A stretch of DNA of 63,224 nucleotides, the filler included, from Folioceros fuciformis (Eukaryota): the NCBI GenBank assembly GCA_049999805.1. It is 35 parts of 35 records of this genome, joined end to end, with 100 filler letters (N's around TTAATTAATTAA, not from the genome) between each part and the next. Parts side by side here need not be neighbours in the genome. Positions count along the whole stretch, not along the records: positions 1 to 1,363 come from JBNGIO010007103.1; positions 1,464 to 5,892 come from JBNGIO010007104.1; positions 5,993 to 8,399 come from JBNGIO010007106.1; positions 8,500 to 10,104 come from JBNGIO010007107.1; positions 10,205 to 11,272 come from JBNGIO010007108.1; positions 11,373 to 12,682 come from JBNGIO010007109.1; positions 12,783 to 15,801 come from JBNGIO010007110.1; 28 more parts are not named here. One strand, written 5' to 3'. This document shows positions 1 through 12,934 of this stretch, piece by piece. Made by a program: the position numbers and the translations under genes. How positions within the stretch are numbered: the stretch's first letter is position 1; the number at the start of each line of letters is the position of its first letter. A model generated the notes under the pieces. The model saw only the letters and a list, made by a program, of their open reading frames with translations, was not told the DNA's origin and made no database searches.

Positions 1-95
1 ACAACCCCTTCCTTTAGGGGTCGTCTACAACCCCTTCCTCCATGGGGCTTCTACAACCCCTTCCTCTAGGCAGCGTCTACAGCCCCTTCCTCCCT
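1..95. repeat. Degenerate ~26-bp minisatellite (core CTACAACCCCTTCCT) at contig start
   Basis: Four imperfect copies of ctacaaccccttcct/ctacagccccttcct spaced about 26 bp apart. Confidence 0.7.
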
Positions 96-1363
96 AATTT
101 CAACTAATTTCCACGCCACCCTAAAACTGCCCCTTGATTATCCTCCCCCTTCCTAAGTATACTCAGACCAATGCCCGTAGTAGGCATTCCACGGGCATCG
201 CTTTGAGGTGCAAGTGTCGGGAAAGTGAAGCCTTGTTCACCACATGGCTGGGAACATCGTGGTGTCTGGACTACAGAGCCCGAGACAAAGTAGCAGACAA
301 AGTAGCAGTCACAGCACACCCCGCCACTTGTGTCCGCTTCACACCACACGGCAGGCAGGCACGTGGCGTGTGCTTGACCTAATTGCCACACAAGAGGGGG
401 GGAGTGGGTTTGAGGTCAGGGATAACGGATGGCGTTGTGTATGCAAATATTTTAAGCGGAGACCAATTTCCTACTAGTTGCTACTTGGATGGCAGTGGCA
501 CTGGGACTGGGACTGGGACTGCCCTTGGCCCTGCCACTTCCCCTGCCCCTGCCCAGGCCATTGCCAATGCCGATGCCAATGGCTCTCATGCAAGTAGCAC
601 TGTTGTTATTGCTGTCTGCCATGTGGTGATCCCAGCTGCCGAGTGAAGCCCAATAGGGTGGCGGGTCGGCCGTGTGGCCCCGCCCTACTATTGGCTCCAG
701 TCACCCAAGTGTCTTCAGCCTCGTGCCAGCGTAGCTCCTGCTCCATACTTATTACCCCTCCCTACCTTTCACCTCTTCAGTCTCTCGCTCGCCTCTGTAG
801 CAGGGAGATGCCTGCCAATGGCCTGTTGACTCCTTCTCCTGCCGTTCCACCACTCCACATACATGTACATACATGGGGAGGTGATAACTGGGAGAAGACC
901 CCGGAGCCCGCCTTCCTTCCTCTTCCTTGCCGTGCGCCTCCACTCTGTACGCCACAACCATACCACGCTACCTTCTTAAGCCGTGAGCTCCCTGCCTCTG
1001 AAGCCTCTGCCTCTCCGCTTTTGCCCAAAACACCCCTCGCTTCTCTTTCTTTCTTTCTTCCTTACTTCACCTTCTCTCTTCCTCCCAACGCCCTCTCTCC
1101 TCTCCCTTTCCTGCCCTGCCCTGCCCTGCCCGTTTCTTGTCCTCCTCTCCTCTCGCAAAGCCTAATAATAAGGCCACGACATCACTACCGCCGCTCCTGT
1201 TGCCCTTCTCCGCTCTCGCGCCTCTGCTTTCTCGCTCGATTCCTTGCTTCCTCTCGCCCTGTCTTGCTCGCGGTGTCTCGCGCTCCGGTGTGCTCTCTTG
1301 CTCTTCCTCTTGCCCCCGCCCCTGCCCCTGCCTCTGTACTATACCTGCCCTTGCTCTTCTTCT

Positions 1364-1463
1364 NNNNNNNNNNNNNNNNNNNNNNNNNNNNNNNNNNNNN
1401 NNNNNNNTTAATTAATTAANNNNNNNNNNNNNNNNNNNNNNNNNNNNNNNNNNNNNNNNNNNN
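1364..1463. other. Artificial contig-joining spacer (N44-TTAATTAATTAA-N44), first of 34 identical copies
   Basis: The same 100-bp block starts at 1364, 5893, 8400, 10105, 11273, 12683, 15802, 17135, 18316, 21055, 23587, 24772, 25924, 27869, 30607, 31974, 34037, 35595, 37006, 38266, 39605, 41339, 42930, 44279, 45772, 47430, 48653, 49852, 51301, 53502, 55148, 57497, 59913 and 61914. The core places stops in all six frames. Confidence 0.98.
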
Positions 1464-1475
1464 GTCTGAATGTAG

Positions 1476-3204
1476 GTGATGTGAGCCGCAAGAAGGATGT
1501 GGAGAAAGCCATCAAAGGGACAAACTGCGTCTTCCATTTGGCCTCCTATGGCATGTCAGGGAAGGAGATGCTGCAGGCACGGCGTATCGACGAAGTGAAC
1601 CTGAATGGGACTGGTCATGTGTTGGATAGTTGTCAGAGATATGGTGTCGAAAGGCTTGTTTACACCAGCACATATAATGTCGTGTTTGAAGGGCAAGAGA
1701 TCCGGAATGGAGATGAAAACATGGACTATTGTCCTATGGAGATGCACGGTGATCCCTACGGCCGCAGCAAGGCTCTCGCAGAACAGCTTGTCCGCAGAGC
1801 CAACGGTGCGCCTCTCCGGTATGCCTCTTACTGCCCGTCTCATTTGCGGTAATCAGGTTGAAGTTTCTTACGGCTACTGCATTCTCGAATTCTTTAGGGG
1901 CAAAAAGGGAGGTCTTCGAACTTCAGTTATCCGGCCAGCTGCTATCTATGGTCCAGGCGAAGAGCGCCACCTTCCCCGCATTCTGAATTATGCCAGGTGG
2001 GGCCTTCTCAAGTTCAGGATTGGTGGAGCCAACGTTCAGACAGACTGGGTTTACATCGACAATCTTGTACATGCGCAGCTGCTAGCAAGCGTGGCCCTAC
2101 TTGATATCCCTCAGGAGCCCGGACTAGGACAAGTCTACTTTATTTCTGATGGTAAAGTCATGACTTGCACGCAGACTGGGCCGGAATGATTTTCTGCCAG
2201 TGCTGGTTGCAGGGCAATTGGTTCAACCTGGGTAAGCAGCGTTCCAGTTCGAGTATCGGCGTAGCTGTGTCATTAATGTCCTAACTTCTTGTACACGCTC
2301 TCAGTGTTAGCTCACAAGCACAGTATCTAACCCCCCTTGAAGGAGACGAAGGATCTGATTGTGTCTGGTCCTTCCTGGCCTGTCGATGAGTCTTCATGCG
2401 TTTTATGCTAGTTCCCTCGTTCCCCTCCTTTCTTTCTGATGATGCTTCTTGTTGAACAGGTGCTCCTATAAACACTTTCACGTTCTTGCGCCCCCTTGTG
2501 GAGGGCCTGGGTTATAAGTTCCCGGAAAATGAGATCAGTGTGAAGTCAGCCATTTATGTTGCAAATTTCCTGTGGGTGTTGTATGGCTTTCTATATCCTG
2601 TTCTGGATAGGTCTTGGCTCCCTCAGCCGTTTATTCTGCCTGCTGAAGCTCACAAGGTTGGTTTTGGCTTACAGAGCAGGCCATTGTTAGCTCATTTTCT
2701 CTCTGGCTGAATACTAAGAGCAAGACGCATGTGTTGCAGGTGGGTGTCACTCATTATTTCTCCATCTTGAAAGCCACTCACGAGCTTCAGTATGTACCTC
2801 TTGTGAATCAACGTGAAGGATTGAAGCGGACGTTGGAGTATCTGAAGGAACATCACGCGCCGCCCATCGAATCACCTCCAACGTCCATCTGGGTTGGCAT
2901 AGCTCTGGGTATGCTTCTTACGTTCGTATGTGGTTTTTTTCCACCGCACATCTTGGGTCCCTTGCGGTACGTGCAGTCTTTGTCGTTGCGGATGTTCGGA
3001 TCCTTCTCCAGGGTGAGAACTATATTCTACGTCGCCACGTTTCTTCACGCGTTAGAGGCAGGATTCGCGTGGTATCTAGCAAGGCAGAGCGACCCCGACA
3101 ATTTGTGGCCCTGGTATTTCCAGACTCTAGCCATAGGATATTCCTCGCTCAGGCTTCTCATCAGGCGATGTAGCGAGAATAAAAAAGTGATGTCCAAGTC
3201 CTAG
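1476..3204 (+). CDS. SDR42E1-like 3-beta-hydroxysteroid dehydrogenase/epimerase with C-terminal membrane (TMEM254/DUF4499-like) domain, 5'-truncated; exons 1476-1818, 1898-2151, 2460-2656, 2740-3204
   Basis: Motifs VFHLASYGMSG, LVYTSTYNVVF, catalytic YGRSK (YxxxK), RPAAIYGPGEERHLPR, DWVYIDNLVHA and KVGVTHYFS. GT-AG introns join the exons in frame. Hydrophobic C-terminus with LHALEA...WYFQTLAIGYSSL. Confidence 0.9.
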
Positions 3205-3261
3205 AAAACATTGTGTCACTCGTCCTATGAGACATTGACATTACAAAATTTGACAACAGCT

Positions 3262-4639
<1,378 letters not shown>

Positions 4640-4949
4640 AGCTCCGGGAGCTCAAGAGTAGGAAAAGATAAACCCCTTGTCAATTATGTGGAGGTAAAGG
4701 CATGGGTGCATGGCAATGTTGGAGTAGTTTCTTCTGAAGAAACCAACATCAGATCAATACAGTATGTATTTTCTTTCGTAGCAACCAACATATCCAGTTT
4801 GGGCGGGGTATGCTGGTGTGGCAGAGCGGTAGTGGGTGGTGGCACCGGCGGCTCGGGAGCGACACCGCCCCGGCTATCCTCGACCTGGACGATCTTGGGA
4901 GCGGCAATTTGGCGGCGCAGCAGGCAGCGTCGGCAACGGGCGGGCGACG

Positions 4950-5806
4950 ATGCAAGCGGCAGCAGTGGTGAGCGTTGCACCCGCGTTTCCTGTCGCCAGG
5001 TTGTGGCAGCAGCAGCAGCTGCAGCTGCAGCAGCATGTGAGACTGCTACCCTTGCGAAGATGCTGCTACACTCCACCGCTGCCCTGCAACGCGGGCAAGG
5101 CGTGGCACGCGCCTGCATTCCCTATCGGACGACGCATTCACATAGCTCGCAAGCGCGATTCCGGAGGCGGGGTATGGCCATGGCGCTCCTTCGCGACTCA
5201 GGCCACAGCCAAGTGGGTGCTTGAGCCCATCGGTGCGTACTGCTCAGCGTTTGCGTGCTGGCTGCTCTGCTGCACACTGTGATGCAATTCGCCTATCACC
5301 GGCAACTCCCAACTGAGTGGGTGTGCGCACGCGCAGGAGATGGGGACATGAGCCACTTGGATTCCGCCATTCCTTTGCCCGGGGCTCTGGTTCTGGAATC
5401 CGTGAGCTCCGGGGCCCTCGTCACCTATGAAATTTTCCGTGCCTTGGCCGTTTTCTGCTTCTTCTCATGTGCAGCTGGTGACGTGAAGTTTGTGGCGGGT
5501 TGGGTGCAGAATGCGGTTACAATCGGGAGGGTGCCTGAGAGGGCCGATATCGTCCTTCCCGTGGCGACAGGTACGAGAAACGAAACCTGCAATCGTTGTG
5601 CGGTGCCCTGATAAAATGTCTCAGGGCTCTCATTTGCGTGACATTGTCGATTGCTCCAGTCTCGGGCCTGCACGCTCGCCTGGAGGTGAAGGGGGCGACC
5701 CTGTTTGTGACCGACTTGGACAGCACTAATGGCACGTACTTGGATGGCAAGAAACTTAGGCCCGGGGCTGTCACGGTGACTTCCCCCAACAGCTCTATAA
5801 TTTTTG
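4950..5806 (+). CDS. FHA (SMAD/FHA) domain protein with probable plastid transit peptide, 3'-truncated; exons 4950-5232, 5337-5401, 5510-5570, 5660-5806
   Basis: Spliced product WVLEPIGDGDMSHL...VTIGRVPERADIVLPVATVSGLHARL...VTDLDSTNGTY carries the FHA GR, SxxH and STNG signatures. N-terminus is Ala/Arg/Gln-rich. Confidence 0.88.
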
Positions 5807-8800
5807 GTGAGTCCCATACCCTCAAAATTGCTGCATGCTTCCAGTACAGTGCACAGCCCTTGGATCCTGGGCGGCTCATGTCCGGGCAATTTNNNNNNNN
5901 NNNNNNNNNNNNNNNNNNNNNNNNNNNNNNNNNNNNTTAATTAATTAANNNNNNNNNNNNNNNNNNNNNNNNNNNNNNNNNNNNNNNNNNNNAGGGAGCC
6001 GGTACAGACCAAGTACAGTACTGTATGTATGTACATACACAGCCAGCTGACGCAGCAGAAGCTAAAATGATGATGGTGGGAGCCAGGACAGGAATCGTCG
6101 GACCAGGTGCCTTCCCGAAGCTTCGCCTGCCAACTATTGCTGAAGAATAGGAGGGGATCAGGATACAGGTTAGGGATCGTTAAGGTCCTTCAGCTCGCAC
6201 GGACAGCGTTCAGCGTGGGTCACGGGGACATGTATCGTAGGCAAGCTGGCAGGATTTCGTCAGATTTTACTCAGCTGCTCCTTCCCCGTTCCACAATGAC
6301 ACGCAACCCAGCCCGGCGTGCGGTTTACTGTTTCTCATTATTCCTTAAGTAAACGGTTTACTAGTTCTCATTATTCCTTAAGTAACCATGTACTCGCTGT
6401 CCTTCGGTTACTTTTTGAGTTCAAAGGCCTTTAAGGCTATTCTGCATCCCTGCTGAATTTCTGAAGGAAACAAGGTAAGGCTTGATTAAGGAGGAATGTA
6501 GAGCACGTGTTACCATTGAGGAGAAGCTGGAGGGCTTATGTCTTTGCTTTAACCATGCCATTTTCGTTGAGTGGCCCCATGAGAGCCCCACTAGACACTT
6601 TCAAAATCATAATATTGTCGGGCACTTCTTTGTAGCCTACCTCCAACCAACCCTCAATGTTTGGTGATTGTTTAGGTGAGCATGTGGATATTGAGCTTGA
6701 AGAAGTTGAAGTACAAGTCACTAACGTGCCAACATCAACCTCCTCTAAACAATCTACACACTCCCCTACCACTCCACCATACTCCCTACATTCTATGATA
6801 ATCACTTCACTTCTTCTTCAAACAAGGATGCTCTTTTTCTATCATGTTGGTATCTTTTGTGATTTTCCATCTAGCCTCACAACAAACTTTGCTATGAAGC
6901 TAGAAAGCACTTTGACAAGGTAGCATTCAATGCTACTTTGTCTATCTTCGAGGGCTTGGCTAATATCGAATGCATTAAGTGTATTTCAAAAAATCATTGA
7001 GTTAATAAATCACCATCTCTTAGGACAGTAGGTGGATGGATACACCCACTCGTCACCCTTACAACACTTGTTGCACTTACATGTCTTATGTGTGTCACAA
7101 AAAACTTGCGTGTCCCCTCATTTGGGGCCGAACAGGAATTGTATGCCAGCAAGGAGTAGATTGTTTCTGCACCAATCCAATAGGTTCTGTGAAAACCCCA
7201 CAACCCTATGCTACTTGCAATCCTCATGGATTGGTGTGTTTGTAACGAGTCCAACGTAAGGAGCTTACCTGTTCGTCATCCTCCTTTCCATTGGTACAAG
7301 GAAGTGGAGCATAGATCCAACGATCTTCTTGTATGGCACTGCCTCCTCTCTTGGTCGGTAAGCTCAATCGATCAAGCTTGCTATTGTGGTTATGGTACCA
7401 TATCCACAATGTTGTTGTTCACAACTTCTGCACTACTAGCTAGAATATACCAGAACCTGCTGCCACCTATTTCAGCTGCACACAAGACAATTCAAAGGCC
7501 ACTTGATTGCACAAAGTCCATGGTTGCTCCGTATGCCAAGCGCCATATCCAATGCATGCTATGCAACTGCCTAGGATGTGCGGGTGAGGTGAGGAGCATT
7601 TGGGTGGACATCATGTGGAACACTAAATTTTGGGACAATGGTTTAGTTTGGTCCAAAAGGGTTAGATGCAACTTAGTAAGTTTCTTTTTTGTTTTTTTGA
7701 AATTTGATTTCATTTTGATTTTTCCTATTTTTGCAGTAAGTCAAGCTAACTGACCAAGTGATAGTTTGTGACTATGACTAACCAGAGGATGGTGGGTTGT
7801 GTTGTCACCTAGATGGGAGTAAGTTCGATACTAGCCTAAGGAAACTTGGCTTTTGTACCGCACCATGGATTTGGCATAATATTAGGTCCAAGTATAGGTT
7901 TGGTTTTTGGCTGGGAAATTTTAATTTATATATAATTAACTTAATTAATTTAGATAATATTAAATATTAATTTAAATATTTATTAATCGACTACCTCGGG
8001 CAAGGGATCAGCTGACTATCCAACCTCTATATGTGTTGGGAGATAAGGCAGTGAGCATCGGCAGGTAAGGCACAGGCACCTCCCCGTCCCTTTCCCTTTC
8101 TTGTTCTCTTTTTCTTTTTTTTCCTCTATCCCTTTCCCCTTTTTCTTTTCTTGTTTCCCCTAATTTTCTCAATAGTATCAGCTTGTCTCTTTTCTTCTCG
8201 TTTGATTGGCTTGACAGCCCAAGGACTATCCAAACACCCTTGGGACAAATTTTGGTAGCAACAGGCAACCTTCCCATTAATCATGTTTCTGCTGTGGGAA
8301 GTACTATTTTCAAGCCTACCTCCAGCCGTTAATCCCTCTCTATCTCCAATCACTCCGCCTGCTCATCCTAGTGCTCTTACTAGCTCCAGGGCCTTTTGCN
8401 NNNNNNNNNNNNNNNNNNNNNNNNNNNNNNNNNNNNNNNNNNNTTAATTAATTAANNNNNNNNNNNNNNNNNNNNNNNNNNNNNNNNNNNNNNNNNNNNC
8501 CAGCTCCTCCTTGACCGCTTCCTCTTTCCCCCTCCCCAACTCCTCCTTGTGTTGCCTGGCTCACCTCCCGCTTGCCTCCTCTCTTCGCCCCGACCGTCAG
8601 TTCCCCTTTAGCCCTCTCTCCGTCGTCGCCTCCCCAGCTTCTTCTTGCGCTCTCGTGGCCATGGAGGTAGCGGAAACCTCGTCGCTGTCTGTCCATGGAG
8701 CAGCTGTGGTCCCTCCTCCAGGGCAATGCCTGTCTTGAGTGTTATTGTGTTGCTCATGGTGTCGCTGGTGTGAGGGAGTCTCTCGTGTTCCAAGGCTCCA

Positions 8801-11372
8801 CAAGCTTACCTTAGAGGACTCACTCCAGTCGCCAGCCCATGCTAGCTGCTTGACTCCTGCCCCCGCTGCCCTCTAGAGTACTCCGCTGCTAGCGCTCTTG
8901 GTTGCGCTGCCCTTTGTATGGTTCCGCCGACGGCAGGAGAGGCCACCACGTGCTGCCTCCAACGGGGGGAAGCTGATCCTGGCCTGGCGCGCTCTAGGCT
9001 CGGTAGCGGAATCGCCCATATGATGACGAGGGTAGGGATCCTGGACCCTGTCCATCTCACAGTTGTGGCCGACGTTGTCTTGCTACCCAGGTCAATGGAC
9101 CGCCTCAAGGATATAGATTGTCCGTGTTGGTTGGTCGCTGCCTCCTGAAAACGGGGCTCTCCATGGACTCTAAGGAATTTGTAGGGCATATCTTCCGCCT
9201 CCTACCGGTTCGGTGTGTCTTCAGCTTGCCCCGCCCTCTGAGAAGAGAGGAAGAGGACCAGGGTGATCTGGCGTTGGGAGTTTCGGGCGTTCTGGGCGTT
9301 CAGGACCTGTAAGCGTCCCAGGAGGACTTCGCTCCGCGAGTCCTCTTTGACCCGTTTGTTCTGCCAGTTCTCCAGCGGCGGACACGGGTCAAGAAGCATA
9401 AACTTGGCACTCGGCTCGGGAGGCGTCTTCCACCCTGCCCGGTCAACTAGTTATTACCGACGCTCTATTCCCTCATCTGCAGGTGGGTGACGGGTGAGTG
9501 ACCTTCGAATTGAGCGACGCTGCCACCGTCTCCACTGCTGCTAGTTCTTATCCAGGACCACAGCGCCGAATCTGCCTCAGTAGATTCCGACAACAGCTGC
9601 GCGGTTTCTGGACGAGTTGGAAAAAATTGGGAAGCCAACCTTGCTGCGGGCACGCCTCCTCGCTCTTGAAGAGGAGAAGCTGCTGCTGCTGCTACGGGAG
9701 TTCTCCTACAACAATGTACATAAGGGGTTTCAACGACTTGCAAACGGGGTCTTCAATGACGTGCAGAAAAGGGTCTCCCTCGAGATGGTATCCACCGGAA
9801 CCTTCCTGGGACGGAGGTCAACTCGTGGCGGTTGCCCATCAGTCACACGGCCTGCTACGGCAGGTTGCTCTAGGCTTTTCAGGTTTTCCCTTTGTAGCTC
9901 ATACATAGATCCAGTTGAGGAAATAAATTCTCATGCGTACACGCAACTGTTCCTGGTGTAGGAGCTGCAGGCGAGTGGATGGTTGACTAAGCTCCTGATA
10001 ATGAACACGCTATCGATTTTGGTTTTGCTTGGAAGCCCAGTCTGAGAAGCATTTTCACAGATGGGATTCACCCGGACGTCCGCCCGCCCTATCCCACGTC
10101 TCCCNNNNNNNNNNNNNNNNNNNNNNNNNNNNNNNNNNNNNNNNNNNNTTAATTAATTAANNNNNNNNNNNNNNNNNNNNNNNNNNNNNNNNNNNNNNNN
10201 NNNNATAGAGCTGACTTTGTGAGGCGTCCGAATGGTGTGGCCGGATGTCGACAGGATGACCTGGGTGAGGCGAGGGCGTTGTCGGCTCTCAGTGCCGGAA
10301 TTCTCCAGACAGTGGCTGTCCAAGAGGGAGAAGTGAGTCCGGCTCTTGGGGCGCCTGCTACTTGCCAGAAGGCACCTTGTGGGTTTGACCCTAGGAAGGA
10401 GGCCGTGGATCGGCAGGTGGAATTTCTGGTTGATGGGCTAGCGATGAGACATGTGGTGACAGGCAGGCAGGACGTAGGTGTTCGGGGTCACTCAGTCGCA
10501 AAGGGACGGGCTACTCAGGCAAAAGGCAGCAGGATGTCACCGGCCGGGGGGGGGAACGGATCCGGTCCCCTGGTTTCGGAGAATCGCCCGACCAAGGCCC
10601 AGGTCGTAAAGACTCAGCAACTTGGTCTCCTAGACGGGGTTTTCGAGCTCTCGTCCCGGCAGCTGGGCGGGGAGGAGGGGGAAGTGTCGGTGGTGCGGCC
10701 TGTTTGCGATACTAGCTCTGAGGACGGGTGGTGCAGCCCGGTGAGCGCTCTAGGTGTATGGCAGCAGCTGTTTTCCTCTGAGGCATCTAATAGCTACCAA
10801 CCTCTAGCTCACAATAGTAAGAACTCTCTGGAGGAGGAATATTTGAGGTGTGGGGAGGTGCAGCACCAACCTCACTCGGCGTTGAAATGGAGGGAAGAGG
10901 TACCTGAGGAGAGCGAGGCAACTGGACTGGGGATCCAACATGCCGACCGGTCCCAAAGCTAGGAGGCGGCTTTGGATCCCTCAATAGCAAAGATGCAGGA
11001 CGGGAAGACGAACTTGGGTGATTTACTTCTTGCCGCAAGGACCAAGGGCATGCCAATTACAGTTTCAGGTACTAATACAGGCCCCAGCACAACCCCAAAT
11101 GTGCTGACAAGAACGCCTTCTCAGGCGTTCTGTGATAGGTTGGCCTCTGCGAGCTCGAGCTAGGGGTTAGGATCTGTCGTTTCCGCTCAAGCTGCTGGGG
11201 AGGAAGAGGGAAGGGAATCTTCCCAGACTCTTTATGGGCCCCAATCTCTCGATTCAACGCCGGGGTGCCCAGNNNNNNNNNNNNNNNNNNNNNNNNNNNN
11301 NNNNNNNNNNNNNNNNTTAATTAATTAANNNNNNNNNNNNNNNNNNNNNNNNNNNNNNNNNNNNNNNNNNNN

Positions 11373-12682
11373 CTCTTATCCTTGGCATTATTTGGCTTAC
11401 CTTTCCCATCTTCAGGCTTGGGGTCTTTGGACTTTTTGGTTGCTTTTTCCTCTTCATCCGGACTAACCTTGGGCCCTTCCTTTTCTTTGCTTTTGCCTTT
11501 GTCTAAGACTATGCTTTTCTTGCCTCCTTTTCCTTCTTCTTTCATGGGCATGGAGATGGCAGTGTGAATCACAAAGTTTGGTATGTAGGATAAAAATCTT
11601 TCAAGATTTGGTCGTCGAACAATTTGTAAGGTGTAGCTTTGGGGAATCTCTGGGGTACACCCAGGAGGTGGAAGTGATTTCAACTCTTCTTCAAACACTA
11701 AGTTGCTATCTTGTAAGGCATTAACCCATATTGCATGGATCTTATGGTCAAGATAGATAGCATCTTTTATTTTGATATCCCCTCCTAGAGAAGCACAAAC
11801 TAGTTGCTCATCTACAAAATACTTCTCCAAAGTCTCACTATCTGGAAACACAGTCACATAAGGATATTGGTACGAGGGTTTATCATCGATAATATCTGCT
11901 TCTTCCATATTCTCATCATGTGGTTTCACGTCCTTTTGTTCTTTTCCACCTTTCTTCGTACTTGCTTGCTTGATACTAGTTCTCTTGGCTGACTCTTCCA
12001 CCAGCTTGGAAGAGCCTTTTGTGGATGAACCTTTGGTGGAGCTAGCATGTTCAAAGCTTTTAGATAGCTCTAGGGACCCATTCAATGATTCAACACTTGA
12101 TCGAAGACTTGGTGAAGATATATTATTTGGGTCTTGCGAAGCACTTTCCTCGTCAGTATCAATCTCATTAAACATCTTCTTGTAATGATAGGTTTCTGAA
12201 ATTTTTGCAAACCTACTTTCTATCCCAAGCTTATCCGACCTCATGAATATCACATACACTAATGTGTCTCCTTTCCATATCACTTTAGATTTGCTTTTGT
12301 CACTTGCTTGAGATATAGAACCTTTGATAGACTTTTTGCCCTCTTTCTTTGTGACAATCTCTTTCTCATCAGTTCCCTTGCTCTTCAATTTCCCTTTCTT
12401 CACATCCGTTTTCGTGTTCTCGTTGAGCATGGAGCTGCTTTGAGAATCAGTGTCCTCCTCTACCAATGTCACACTCTTCTTCTTACTTGAGGTGCTCTTT
12501 TCAACATTATCCTTTACTTTGATACTAGCATCTTTCTGTGTAAGAGAGTCTTTATCTACTTCTCCTTTGGTGCTACCTGCATCAATGTCACCCTCGACAC
12601 CATCATCTTTCGCTTCTTTGGGTGGCTCGCGAGTGCATAGATAAGGGGCAAGCCCCAATGCCACCAACAGACACTTGAGAAG
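11373..12682 (-). CDS. Probable Hydin (flagellar central-pair protein) internal exon fragment: end of adenylate-kinase-like region plus charged linker
   Basis: About 435 aa open across the whole contig, rich in K/E/S. LLKCLLVALG...TLVYVIFM and PEIPQSYTLQIVRRPNLERFLSYIPNFVIHT resemble, in the right order, Hydin segments recalled from memory (ALLCLLKAIG...HIYILNM and PPIPPPALFSIVSYPVKR). Confidence 0.55.
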
Positions 12683-12934
12683 NNNNNNNNNNNNNNNNNN
12701 NNNNNNNNNNNNNNNNNNNNNNNNNNTTAATTAATTAANNNNNNNNNNNNNNNNNNNNNNNNNNNNNNNNNNNNNNNNNNNNGCGGGGAATAGGAATTTG
12801 GCAAGCCAAGTTGCCCATGTCGCAAGCGCAAGCGCAAGTGCAAGCGGACATGCGGGGAATGAGGGAATAAGGTCATGATGGCCTGCTTTCCGGGTGCCAA
12901 TGCCAGTGCATTACAGTGCGGTGTGGGTCGGCCA

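Noticed and set aside
643-1419. 258-aa Pro/Leu/Ser-rich ORF
   Set aside because: Translation of CT-rich low-complexity DNA with no domain motifs.
6090-6120. TCGGACCAGG resembling the 5' half of miR166
   Set aside because: Only about 10 nt match, the 3' half diverges, and no fold-back arm is evident.
8500-11272. ORFs of 100-250 aa in two GC-rich contigs
   Set aside because: No recognisable motifs. Probably decayed TE sequence, but no family can be supported.
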